Assembly: GCA_031409275.1 (NCBI GenBank)
Contig: JANNXA010000001.1
Coordinates: 1 to 46,618, forward strand
Direction of reading: 5' to 3'
Source of the DNA: Planctomycetota bacterium
Lineage (GTDB): Bacteria > Planctomycetota > B15-G4 > SIAN01
DNA length: 46,618 nt
Below the pieces are notes generated by a model. It was not told the DNA's origin, ran no database searches, and saw nothing but the letters and a program-made list of their open reading frames with translations. Of this stretch, positions 27,097 to 37,100 are shown in pieces. The number at the start of each line of letters is the position of its first letter. The first letter of the stretch is position 1. Position numbers and translations under genes: made by a program.

Positions 27097-28245
27097 ATGG
27101 CATCGCGCCGCCGAACGGAGCAAGCGACGAAGCGACCCGCACCGCCCACCGTCGCTGCGGCCGCGAAACGCGTCGCAGCCGGCGTCGAGCGGGCGGCGGC
27201 CCACTTCGACGCGGCGCAGTCGGCGCTCGATCGCGCGGCGCTCGCGGCCGCGGCGCGCATGGCACAAGCGGCGCGGCGCGGTTTTGCGCGCTGGCTCGGC
27301 GTCGACCACCCCGACGTCGGCGGAGCGCTCGCGCTCGAAGCGGAAGTCGCGGCACGCCGCGGCGACGGGCGCGGCGCCGTACACCGCATGGAGCAGGCGG
27401 TCGCGCTGCTCGCACGCGCGGTGCGCCGCCATCGCGGCAACGTCGAGATCGCCCGGATGCACGGGCGCGCGCTCGGCCAGCTCGGCATGCGGCTGCGAGA
27501 CAGCGGCGACTACGCGGCGGCCGGTCGAAAGCTGCGGCAAGCGCTCGCGCTGGCAAGACGGCGCTTCGGGCCGCGTGATCCCGAGACCGCCGGCGCGATG
27601 AACCAGCTCGGCATCTGGTGCAAGTACACCGGTCGTTTCGAGGAGGGCGAGCAGCTCTATCGCGCCGCGCTGGCGCTGACCGTGCGCGAGCGCGGCCCCG
27701 TCCACCCCGAGGTCGCGGCGATTTGCCACAATCTCGGCGGGCTGTTCCATGAGCAAGGCAAGTTCCGGCGCGGCGAACCGTTCGCGCAGCGAGCGGCACG
27801 CATCTACGCGGCGACGCTGGGACGCGACCATCCCGACACGGTGGCCGATCGCGCCGCGCACGCGGCACTGCTGATCGGCATCGGCCAGCTCGCCACCGCC
27901 GAGCGACTGCTGCGCGGCGCGATCCGCTGGTTCGCGCGCCACTACGGCCGCGACCACTACGAGGTCGCGGTGAACCTCGGCAACCTCGCCGCGCTCCTCC
28001 ACCAGCGGGGCCGCCGCGCGCCGGCCCTGCGCAAGCAGCGGCGCGCGCTGGCGCTCTACGAGCGGAGGCTCGGCACGGCCCACGCCGAAACGGCACGCGC
28101 CGCTCAGAACCTCGCCGCGATGCTCGGACCGGCGGCCCGCCATCGCCGCGAGGTTGCGCGCCTGTTGACGCAAGCGCGTCGCGGCCTCGCCCGCTCGCTC
28201 GGCCGCACGCCCGGTGACCGAGAAGCGATCGGGAGCGGCTGCTAA
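27097..28245 (+). CDS. Tetratricopeptide repeat protein (kinesin-light-chain-type repeats)
   Basis: AAGGAG RBS; ~42-aa repeats GVDHPDV, GPVHPEVA..HNLG, GRDHPDTV, GRDHYEVAVNLGNLA; divergent from HlyD. Confidence 0.88.
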   Translation: MASRRRTEQATKRPAPPTVAAAAKRVAAGVERAAAHFDAAQSALDRAALAAAARMAQAARRGFARWLGVDHPDVGGALALEAEVAARRGDGRGAVHRMEQAVALLARAVRRHRGNVEIARMHGRALGQLGMRLRDSGDYAAAGRKLRQALALARRRFGPRDPETAGAMNQLGIWCKYTGRFEEGEQLYRAALALTVRERGPVHPEVAAICHNLGGLFHEQGKFRRGEPFAQRAARIYAATLGRDHPDTVADRAAHAALLIGIGQLATAERLLRGAIRWFARHYGRDHYEVAVNLGNLAALLHQRGRRAPALRKQRRALALYERRLGTAHAETARAAQNLAAMLGPAARHRREVARLLTQARRGLARSLGRTPGDREAIGSGC

Positions 28246-28405
28246 CAGCCCGTTGGAGAAGTCACCGCGAGTCTGGCGAGCGAATTTCGAGTCGGGACGA
28301 GAAGGAGGTTCGAAGCAAACTCCCCTGTGAGTTGTCGAGAGACTCCGACGAAGTACCGGCTTGAAAGACGCCGCCAGGCGACACGGGGAGTTCTCCAACG
28401 GGCTG
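28246..28405. mobile_element. 160-bp MITE, copy 2 (inverted relative to copies 1 and 3)
   Basis: Perfect 15-bp TIR CAGCCCGTTGGAGAA; perfect CTAA duplication at 28242-45 and 28406-09; about 5 differences from copy 3. Confidence 0.93.
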
Positions 28406-30472
28406 CTAAGACCGGATCCCCTCGACCTTCTCGATCCACTCGCGGGCGGACGGCGGCGCGGCAGCGAGGATCGGCTCGCGGCGCGCACGCCACAGCGTGA
28501 TCTGGCTCAAGGCCTTGAGCGGCGCGACCGCGACCCGGGCGCGTGCCGACGACTCCGCGGCGCGACTGAACCAGTCGGCCAGCGCTCGCACGAACTCGCT
28601 CGGCACCTCGGATCCCTGCAGCGTGCGCAGCGTGAGGATCGACGCGAACAACACATCGAGGGAGTCGATCGGTGGCGCCGCTTCGGACTGGAAGAGCAGG
28701 CGGCGCATCAACGCCCGCTCGCCGGCCAACGCGCCGAACAGCGGTCCTTGCGGACCCGCCAGCACAAGCGACAGCGCGCACGCGAGCGCTTCGACCTGGC
28801 GACCGGGCGCCAGCGGCGCGCTACTGGCCAGCGTCGCCGGTTGGATGCCCGGCTCGAGCAACATGCGCAACTCGCGATCGGCGCCGCGTACCAACTCTTC
28901 GAGCGCGCCCTTCGCGACCGCGATGTGCTTGCGCCCGATCGAGCCGCTGCGCGCGGCATCCCACAGTTCGAGGTCGAGTTCCTCTTGCGTCTCGGTCGTC
29001 GCGTGCCGCATCGTCACCACGACGACGCTGCGTCGCTGCGACTCGGGCCACAACGAAGCGACCTGTTCCGGCTTCAGCGGCTGGCCCAACGCAGCGATCG
29101 CCTGACCCGGCACCACCGGCACCACCAGCGCGCCACGATGATCGGTGTGCAGCCACAACTGCTCGGCCAGCAGCGCCGCCGCACCGCGCGCGAAACGGGC
29201 GTCTCCGGTGGTCGTCGCCCACGGAGCGAGCGCCAGCGTGCGCGCACCGGCCGATTTGGTCCGCAGCAGGAACGTTGCTCCGCCAAGCCCCTGCTGGAAC
29301 AACGGCTCCTGCAACACGACCAGCGCGATCGACGGCGGAGTGGTCGGCGCGGGCCGCTGCTCGCGCTCCTTCTTGTCGATGGCAAGCGTGAGGTCGTCGA
29401 GCGCCGCGCTGAGGTCGGGTCGCGGCAGCAGCGCGAGCTGGTGCAGCGTCGAACGGCCGCGCGCGAAGTCCCCGACGTCGAGGCAGCAGCGCACGAAGTT
29501 GAGGCCCGCCTCGGCGCCGTGACGCGCAACGTCGAAGCGACTGCCCGCGAGCTCGATGGCCTCCTTGGCCTGGCCGTGGCGGCCGAGGTCGCCGAGGATC
29601 GTGAGCATCACTTCGGGGACCGCGCCCGATTTCTCCAGGACCTCGCGGTAGATCGCCAACGCCGGATCGAGCTCCTTGGCGACGAGATGCTCCTGCGCCT
29701 GGAAGAGGCTCACGCGCCAACCGTTGCGCTGCTGATGCTGCTCCAAGGTCCACGCCCGCCGCCCGTCGACGCCGCCCTGCTTCTCCAGCGCGCGCACCAG
29801 CTCGCCGAAGACGACGGCGTGGTTGGGTTCGGCGGCGAAGGCTTCGTGCAACTTCGCCATGTGGCCCGTCGGATCGCCGCGCCGCTCGCGCAACCGCGCC
29901 TCGGCTTGCCGCGCCGATGCGGCCCACGGCCCGCTGCCGGTGACCTGTTCGAGCGTCGCTTCGGCCGCCACGAGATCGCCGGCCTGCAGCTGCGCGAGGC
30001 CGTGCAACGTGCGCGCCTGCGCCGTGTCGCCGCCGAGCGTCAACAGCTTGGCGGTGTGGGGCAGCAGCTCGCGCCCGAAGCCGTCGTTCAACGCATTGCG
30101 AATCAGCGACGCGAGCGCGCCGGGACTCTCCTGCGCGCGCACCAGCGCCGGCACGAGCAGCTGCGCGAAATAGGCGTCGCGCGGCACCTCGAGCGTGCGA
30201 CCGAGCGGATCGAACACACGCATCTTCGGAGCGGCCGGTGCAGCCTTCGGCGCAGGAGCCGGCGCGGCGACAGCGCCCCCGCGCGCCTCGGCCATGTCGC
30301 GCGCCTCGCGTGCCTCGGCCTCGGCGTGGATCTCGGCCGCATCGCCGGTGAGGCCGGCCGGCGTCGCTTCCGGCTCCGCGCGTGGCGGCGGCGGCGGATC
30401 GATCGGCAGCTCCTTCGGCAGCCCGGCCGGTCGCTCGTCACCCTTCTTCTTCCACTTGTCGAACAGGCCCAT
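28406..30472 (-). CDS. TPR-containing protein of unknown function
   Basis: Start MGLFDKWKKK; Pro/Ala linker; helical TPR-like repeats (HGLAQLQAGDLVAAEATL, LGDLGRHGQAKEA). Confidence 0.75.
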   Translation of the reverse strand: MGLFDKWKKKGDERPAGLPKELPIDPPPPPRAEPEATPAGLTGDAAEIHAEAEAREARDMAEARGGAVAAPAPAPKAAPAAPKMRVFDPLGRTLEVPRDAYFAQLLVPALVRAQESPGALASLIRNALNDGFGRELLPHTAKLLTLGGDTAQARTLHGLAQLQAGDLVAAEATLEQVTGSGPWAASARQAEARLRERRGDPTGHMAKLHEAFAAEPNHAVVFGELVRALEKQGGVDGRRAWTLEQHQQRNGWRVSLFQAQEHLVAKELDPALAIYREVLEKSGAVPEVMLTILGDLGRHGQAKEAIELAGSRFDVARHGAEAGLNFVRCCLDVGDFARGRSTLHQLALLPRPDLSAALDDLTLAIDKKEREQRPAPTTPPSIALVVLQEPLFQQGLGGATFLLRTKSAGARTLALAPWATTTGDARFARGAAALLAEQLWLHTDHRGALVVPVVPGQAIAALGQPLKPEQVASLWPESQRRSVVVVTMRHATTETQEELDLELWDAARSGSIGRKHIAVAKGALEELVRGADRELRMLLEPGIQPATLASSAPLAPGRQVEALACALSLVLAGPQGPLFGALAGERALMRRLLFQSEAAPPIDSLDVLFASILTLRTLQGSEVPSEFVRALADWFSRAAESSARARVAVAPLKALSQITLWRARREPILAAAPPSAREWIEKVEGIRS

Positions 30473-30612
30473 GGCACGCTCCGCGATCGCTTTGAGGGTG
30501 CGCGAGGCTAGCGAACGCGCAGAACGGGTGACGGGATTCATCGCAACTGAACAAGGCGCGCGGCGGCTCGTAGAGCAAGCCACCCCGTTCCCGCCCCTGC
30601 GAGTACCTCCGC

Positions 30613-31947
30613 ATGCGCCACGCTCTCGTCACGTTGCTCAGCCTCGGCACGGCCTGGTCCGAGCCGCCGGCGCGCGGTGGCGCCGCCGACCTCGACGGCG
30701 ATCTCGCGGCGTTGGTCGAACACCTGCGCGCGACCCATCCCAACCTCGAGCGACGCCATCCGCGCGCGGCCTGGGACGCCGCGATCGCCGAGCTCCGCGG
30801 ACGGCTCGACGGGATGGCGACGACGCAGTTCGCGATCGAGCTGGCACGACTCGTCGCGATGGCCGGCGACGGCCACTCGCGCGTCGAACTCGAGCGAACC
30901 GCGGTCTGGCAACGAACGCTGCCGCTTCGCTTCCAGCGCTATGCCGAAGGGCTCTTCGTCACCGCCGCGGCACCGGCGCACGCGCCACTCGTGGGGCGCC
31001 GCGTCGTGCGATTGGGTGCACGCGAGATCGAGCCCCTTCTGATCGATGCGCGCGACTACCTCTCTGGCGACAACATCGGGATGGTCGATGCGATGGCGCC
31101 GCTCGCGCTGATCACTCGCGACGCGCTCGAACGGCTCGGAGCCGGGCCGGCCGACACGCCGATCGAGATCGTCACCGCGGCGGCGGACGGCTCCACGCAG
31201 TCGTCGCTCCTCGCTGCAGTGGTGCCCGGCGGCGCACCGTTCCAGCCACCGGCCGGATGGACGCTCGCGGCGCCGCGCGTCGATCCGCTGCCGCCGTCCC
31301 TGCGACCCCACACTCCGCAGAAGCCCTACTGGTTCGAATCGCTCGATGAGGAGCGCACCGTCTACTTCCGCCTCGATGCGATCGCCGACGATCCGGCCGA
31401 ACCCTTCGCCCGCTTCGTGGCGCGCCTGTTCCAATTCCTCGAGGAGGACGAGAGCGAGCGGCTGGTGATCGACCTGCGCGGGAACGACGGCGGCAACAAC
31501 TACCTGGTGCAGCCGCTGGTGCATGCGCTGTTGCGCTGCGATCGCGTGAATCGGGCGGGCCACCTCTTCGTGTTGACGAGTCCGCTCACCTTCTCCGCTG
31601 CGGTGAATGGCGCGTCTGACCTCGAACGCGAAACACAGGCGCTCTTCGTCGGCGAGCCGACCGGCGCCGGCCCCAACCACTGTGGGGATGCGGCGACCTT
31701 CACGCTGCCGACCACTCGCATCGGCGTGCGTTGCTCCACGGTCCGCTGGCAGAAGTCCGACCCCCGCGACTCGCGTAGCGCAATCTGGCCCGACGTGCCG
31801 GTGGCCAGCCGATTCGACGAGTGGAGCGCCGGCCACGACGCCGCGCTCGAGGCCGCGCTCGCCTTCGATCCCGACTCCGCGAAGGCGTTCGCGGCGATCG
31901 CCCCGATTAGCCATTGGCGCCGTCCGAGCCAGGAGCGGCGCCGCTGA
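30613..31947 (+). CDS. S41-family peptidase-like secreted protein
   Basis: Signal peptide; GDGHS, LVIDLRGNDGGN, TFSAA, FVGEPTG, IWPDV. Confidence 0.85.
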   Translation: MRHALVTLLSLGTAWSEPPARGGAADLDGDLAALVEHLRATHPNLERRHPRAAWDAAIAELRGRLDGMATTQFAIELARLVAMAGDGHSRVELERTAVWQRTLPLRFQRYAEGLFVTAAAPAHAPLVGRRVVRLGAREIEPLLIDARDYLSGDNIGMVDAMAPLALITRDALERLGAGPADTPIEIVTAAADGSTQSSLLAAVVPGGAPFQPPAGWTLAAPRVDPLPPSLRPHTPQKPYWFESLDEERTVYFRLDAIADDPAEPFARFVARLFQFLEEDESERLVIDLRGNDGGNNYLVQPLVHALLRCDRVNRAGHLFVLTSPLTFSAAVNGASDLERETQALFVGEPTGAGPNHCGDAATFTLPTTRIGVRCSTVRWQKSDPRDSRSAIWPDVPVASRFDEWSAGHDAALEAALAFDPDSAKAFAAIAPISHWRRPSQERRR

Positions 31948-31962
31948 CTCTCCTTGCTCTCC

Positions 31963-31991
31963 TTGCGCAAGCGTGACTCGATCGTCACTAT
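31963..31991 (+). promoter_or_regulatory. Putative sigma70 promoter TTGCGC-N17-CACTAT with GTGAC-N6-GTCAC palindrome
   Basis: Elements read directly; ATG 32001 follows 9 nt later with no SD. Confidence 0.3.
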
Positions 31992-32000
31992 GTCCGCCTG

Positions 32001-32471
32001 ATGTCGCAACCCACCTCCGCACGCCTGCCATCGCTGCGCCGCTTCGCGTTCCTCGCGTGGCTGGTGTTGCTGGCGCAGCTGTTGGGCGTGCCGCTCGTCA
32101 TGGCCGCGCACGAGCACTACCACGAGGGCCAGGCGGGCGACCACATCCACTTCGGCGCGATCGGGCATGACGCGCACCACGCCGTTCACCACGCGGCCCG
32201 CCATCGCTCGCACGATGCGCCCGTCGACTGCGGGGACGAATCGCGGCTGCCACCCCACTCGGTGCACGACCATCTGATCGACACCGATCGCCCACGCAAC
32301 GGCGACTCGCGGTCACGAATGGTGTTGGCGCCGCTGCCGCTTTGCGAAGCGCCGGTCACCGCGCCGCGCCCCGACGTGATCCTGCTGCTCACGCCGCGCC
32401 TCGCGCTGTCCGATCCATCGACACCAGGCCGCCCCGAGCAGTCGCGCGCGCCGCCCTCCCTCGTCGTCTGA
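32001..32471 (+). CDS. His-rich exported leader protein ending in RAPP (candidate arrest peptide)
   Basis: 156 aa; signal/TM segment, His cluster HEHYH..DHIH..HDAHHAVHH..RH.SH..HSVHDH, C-terminal QSRAPPSLVV. Confidence 0.8.
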   Translation: MSQPTSARLPSLRRFAFLAWLVLLAQLLGVPLVMAAHEHYHEGQAGDHIHFGAIGHDAHHAVHHAARHRSHDAPVDCGDESRLPPHSVHDHLIDTDRPRNGDSRSRMVLAPLPLCEAPVTAPRPDVILLLTPRLALSDPSTPGRPEQSRAPPSLVV

Positions 32472-32511
32472 GAGCCTGAGCCGACCGCGCTCCGCTTCGA
32501 CTTCGACGAGG
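32459..32511 (+). promoter_or_regulatory. Anti-SD/SD hairpin that could control translation of the efflux operon
   Basis: CCTCGTCG (32459-66) is perfectly complementary to CGACGAGG (32504-11), which contains the GAGG SD for ATG 32519. Confidence 0.55.
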
Positions 32512-32518
32512 AATCTCC

Positions 32519-34153
32519 ATGCCCACGCTCCCGCGCTTTGCGTGGGTCGGCGCCACTTTCCTGGCGCTGGCCTGCGATCGCTTCGCCCCGTCTCGCGCCG
32601 CTTCGGATGACCACGACGATCACGAAGGGCACGCCCATTCCGCCACCGATGCCGGCCATGACGACCACGGGGACGAGGCGCCAAGTCGCCAGTTCACGAT
32701 GGTCGACCAGGGTTTCGAGCTCTTCGTCGAGCATCCGCTGCCGGTGGCCGGGCAACCGGTGCGCTTCGTCACTCACGTGACCGAAGTGTCGACTGGCTCG
32801 GCACGCGTCACCGGCGCCGCCACGCTCACCTGCGAGCGCGCGGGCGCGACCCGCGTCAGCGCTCGCGTCGAGGCACCGGCCCGCCCCGGCATCTACCTGC
32901 CCGAGATCGTCCTGCCGAGCGCGGGCGAGTGGAGCGCGACGCTGACGCTGGCCACGGAGCACGGCGACGTCGTCCTGGCGCTGCCGACGCTGACCGGCTT
33001 CGCCGATCTGCACGACGCTCAACACGCCGACATCGCTGCGCCGCCCGAAGGGATCACCTTCCTGAAAGAGCAGCAGTGGCGGCTGCACACGCGCATCGCG
33101 CCGATCGCGCGGCGCCGCCTCGTCGAGGAGATCCGCGTGACCGGCTTCGTCGACGCGCCGCCGGCCGCGCGCGCGCAGGTGACGACACCGCTTGCCGGTC
33201 GGCTCGTCGCGAGCGACCTGCCGTGGCCGGAGCTCGGCCGCGAGGTGAAGCGCGGCGACGTGCTCGCCTACGTCGAGCCGCTGCTGCAGGAGCTGATCGT
33301 CGCGCAGGCGCAGGCACAGGCGGAAGTGGTGCAAGCGCGGTTGGCGCAGCAGCAGGCCGATGCGGCGCTGGCCCGCACGCGCACGCTCCACGCGCAGCAG
33401 GCGCGCAGCGCGCGCGAGCTCGAGGAGGCGGAGTTCGCGGCGAAGGGTGCCGCTGCACGCATCACGGCCGCCGAGTCGATCGTCGCCGCGTGGACGCAGA
33501 CCGGACTCGTGCCGCGCGTCGAGGGCAATGGGCTCGCGCTGCCGCGCCTTGCACTGACCGCCCCGATCGACGGCGTCGTCGTGCGCATCGACGCGGTGGC
33601 CGGCGAGCAGGTCGGCCCCGAACGCGCGCTCTTCGCGTTGCTCGATCCGCGCGTGCTCCACGTCGAGGCGCGCGTCCCGGAGATCGACCTGCCGCGCCTC
33701 GCCGACACGATCGACGCGTCCTACTCGCTGCCCGGCAACGACGCGCCCCCGGTTCCCATCACCGGCAGCGGCGGCGGCAGCCTCGTGTGGCGCGGCGTCG
33801 AGATCGACCCAACCACGCGCACCGCGCTGCTCCATTTCTCCCTGCCCGATCCGCAGCGCCACCTGCGCCTGGGCCAGGCGATGGTGGTCCATCTGGCGAC
33901 GCGAACCGCGGCGGACGCGCTGTGCCTTCCGCTGGCCGCGTTGGTCGACGAGGACGGCCGTCCCGTCGTCTTCGTGCAACGCGGTGGCGAAACCTTCGAG
34001 CGGCGCGATGTCTCGTTGGGAGTGCGCGATGGCGGCTTCGTCGAAGTCACCGCCGGCCTCGTCGAAGGCGAGCGCGTGGTGATCGACGGCGCCTATGCGG
34101 TCCGCCTCGTCTCGGTCTCGGCCTCGATCCCCGCCCATTCCCACGAGCACTGA
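32519..34153 (+). CDS. Heavy-metal RND periplasmic adaptor (CusB/CzcB-like), His-rich termini
   Basis: Lipobox LALAC; DDHDDHEGHAH; ELFVEHP; ITFLKEQQW; APIDGVV; C-terminal HSHEH. Confidence 0.9.
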   Translation: MPTLPRFAWVGATFLALACDRFAPSRAASDDHDDHEGHAHSATDAGHDDHGDEAPSRQFTMVDQGFELFVEHPLPVAGQPVRFVTHVTEVSTGSARVTGAATLTCERAGATRVSARVEAPARPGIYLPEIVLPSAGEWSATLTLATEHGDVVLALPTLTGFADLHDAQHADIAAPPEGITFLKEQQWRLHTRIAPIARRRLVEEIRVTGFVDAPPAARAQVTTPLAGRLVASDLPWPELGREVKRGDVLAYVEPLLQELIVAQAQAQAEVVQARLAQQQADAALARTRTLHAQQARSARELEEAEFAAKGAAARITAAESIVAAWTQTGLVPRVEGNGLALPRLALTAPIDGVVVRIDAVAGEQVGPERALFALLDPRVLHVEARVPEIDLPRLADTIDASYSLPGNDAPPVPITGSGGGSLVWRGVEIDPTTRTALLHFSLPDPQRHLRLGQAMVVHLATRTAADALCLPLAALVDEDGRPVVFVQRGGETFERRDVSLGVRDGGFVEVTAGLVEGERVVIDGAYAVRLVSVSASIPAHSHEH

Positions 34154-34164
34154 GGCGCACCCCC

Positions 34165-37100
34165 ATGGTCGATGGAATCATCGCGTGGTCACTGCGCCAC
34201 AAGGCGGTCGTGCTGGCCGCGGCACTGTTGGTGCTGCTGCTCGGCGGCGCGGCGACGTTGCAGCTGCCGATCGACGTCTTCCCGGACCTCACGGCCCCCA
34301 CCGTGACGATCCTCGCGGAAGCGCACGGCATGGCGCCCACCGAGCTCGAGCGACTGGTCACGTTCCCGATCGAGACGGCGCTGAACGGCGCGGCGGGCGT
34401 ACGTCGCGTGCGCTCCTCCACCGTCGTCGGCATCGCCATCGTCTGGGTCGAGTTCGAGTGGGACGTCGACCCGAACCTCGCGCGCCAGACGGTGAACGAG
34501 CGGCTCGTGCTGGTCACCTCCACCTTGCCGCCCGAGGTCGAGCGGCCGGTGCTGGCGCCCGCCTCCTCGATCATGGGCGAGATCCTCTTCGTGGGGCTGA
34601 CCTCGGCCACCCATGACGGCCGCGAGCTGCGTGCGACCGCGGAAACGCTGCTGCGACGGCGCTTGCTGGCGGTGCCGGGCGTCGCGCAGGTGACGCCGAT
34701 CGGCGGCGCGGAGAAGCAGTTCCAGGTCGAGCTCGAGCCGCTGCTGCTCGCGGCCCACGGGCTCACGATGCACGAAGTGCTCGAAGCGCTGCGAGCGGCC
34801 AATCGCAACGTGTCGGCCGGCTTCCTCGACGAAGGCGGCAGCGAGCACCTCGTCACCGGCATCGGCCGCCTGCGCACGCTCGAAGACCTCGCCTCCACCA
34901 ACGTCGCGACCCGCGATGGCGTGGCGGTGCGCGTGCGCGACGTCGGCCGCGTGAAGGTCGGCGACGCGCCACGCCGCGGCAGCGCGACGGTGAACGGCAC
35001 GCCCGGCGTGCTGCTCGGCCTGCAGCGCCAACCGGGCGCCAACACGCTGCAGCTCACGCGCTCGCTCGACCGCGTGCTCGATCAGCTCGAACGCGAGCTG
35101 CCGCCAGGGATGAAGCTGCACCGCGACTTGATGCGTCAGGCGAGCTTCATCGAGGCGGCGATCGACAACGTGGCGCTCGCGCTTCGCGACGGCGCGGTGC
35201 TGGTGGTCGTGATCGTCGGCCTGTTCCTGATGAACCTGCGCTCCACCTTCATCACCCTCACCGCGCTGCCACTCGCGCTGCTGGCGGCGATCAGCGTGCT
35301 GCAGTGGATGGGCGAGTCGATCAACACGATGACGCTCGGCGGACTGGCCATCGCCATCGGCGCGCTGGTCGACGACGCGATCATCGACGTGGAGAACGTC
35401 TTCCGTCGCCTGCGCGAGAACGCGGCGCTCCCGGTCCCGCAACGGCGTGGCGCGCTTCAGGTCGTGCTGAGCGCCAGCGTCGAGGTGCGCGCCTCGATCG
35501 TCTTCGCGACGCTGGTCATCACGCTGGTGTTCGCGCCGCTCTTCTTCCTCGAAGGGGTCGAAGGGCGCCTGCTGCGACCGCTGGGACTCGCCTACGTGGT
35601 CGGATTGCTGGCGTCGCTGGTGGTGGCGGTGACGGTGACTCCGGTGCTGTGCGCGCTGCTGCTGCCGAACGCGCCCGCGATCACGCGCGGCCACGAGCCG
35701 CGTGGAGTCGCGGCGCTGAAGCGGGGTTACGGCGTGCTGCTGCGCGGCGCGCTGCGAGTGCCGTGGCTGGTGGCGGCGGGGGCGGTCGTCCTGCTGGCGG
35801 GCGCGTTGGCGACGATCCCGCGACTGGGATTCGCCTTCCTCCCCGAGTTCAACGAAGGCGGCCTCACCATCGCCGCCGTGACGCTGCCGGGCACGTCGCT
35901 CGCCGAATCGGAGAAACTGGCCAGAGTCGTCGACGACGTGTTGCTGGCGCAACCGGAGGTGGTCTCCACCGCGCGGCGCACCGGCCGCGCCGAAGTCGAC
36001 GAGCATGGCCAGGGCGTCGAGGGCAGCGAGATCGAGGTGATGCTGCGGCCTGGCGAACGCGGACGCGAGGAGCTGTTGGCCGCGCTGCGCGCCGAGCTCT
36101 CCACCATCCCCGGCATGAGCATCACCATCGGTCAGCCGATCTCGCACCGCATCGACCACATGCTGTCGGGCACGCGCTCCAGCATCGCCGTGAAGATCTT
36201 CGGCGACGACCTCGCCAAGCTGCGCCAGCTCGGCGCGCGCGTGCGCGAGGCCATGCAGGGCGTCGCCGGCGTGGTCGACCTCACGCTCGAGCAGCAGATG
36301 GAGGTGCCCGCGGTCACCGTGCGCTTCGATCGCGAGGCGCTCGGCCGGCATGGCGTCTCGATCGAGGAGATCGAGCATTCGCTCGAGGCGGCGCTCGCCG
36401 GAGTTCCGGTCACGCGACTGCTGGAGGGCCCGAGCACCTACGACGTCGTGGTCCGCCTCGCGGCGCATGAGGCGCTGACGCCGGAAGGGCTCGGTGCGCT
36501 GCCGATCGACACGCCAGGAGGCGGGCGACTGCCGCTGCAATCGCTCGCTCGCATCGTCGATGAGACCGCACCCAACACGGTGAGCCGCGAACAGGTGCAG
36601 CGCAAGATCGTCGTGAGCTGCAACGTCGCGGGCCGCGACGTGACGTCGGTGGTCACGGAATGCCGCGAACGGATCGCGCCGATCATCGCCGCCGTGCCGG
36701 GCTATCGCGCGGAGTTCGGCGGCCAGTTCGAGAGCGCCGCGTCGGCGCGTCAACGCCTCGGACTGCTGAGCGCCGGGATCGGCGTCGCGATCGCGTTCCT
36801 GCTCTACCTCGCGTTCCACTCGTGGCGCGACGCGCTGCTGGTGTTGGTGAACCTGCCGCTGGCGCTCGTGGGCGGCGTGGCCGGAGTGGCGCTGACCGAT
36901 GGCGTGCTGTCGGTGGCGTCGCTGGTCGGCTTCATCGCCGTCTTCGGCATCGCGACACGCAACGGGATCATGCTGATCGCCCACGTGCGCCACCTGATGG
37001 AGCACGAAGGGGTGACCCACCTGCGCACGGCGCTCGAGCGCGGCGCAGCCGAGCGCCTCGCGCCGATCTTGATGACGGCGCTGGCCGCCGGCCTCGCGCT

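Noticed and set aside
32929..34164. N-terminal extension of the 1450-aa RND ORF
   Set aside because: Off-frame overlap with the adaptor gene; the RND starts at 34165.
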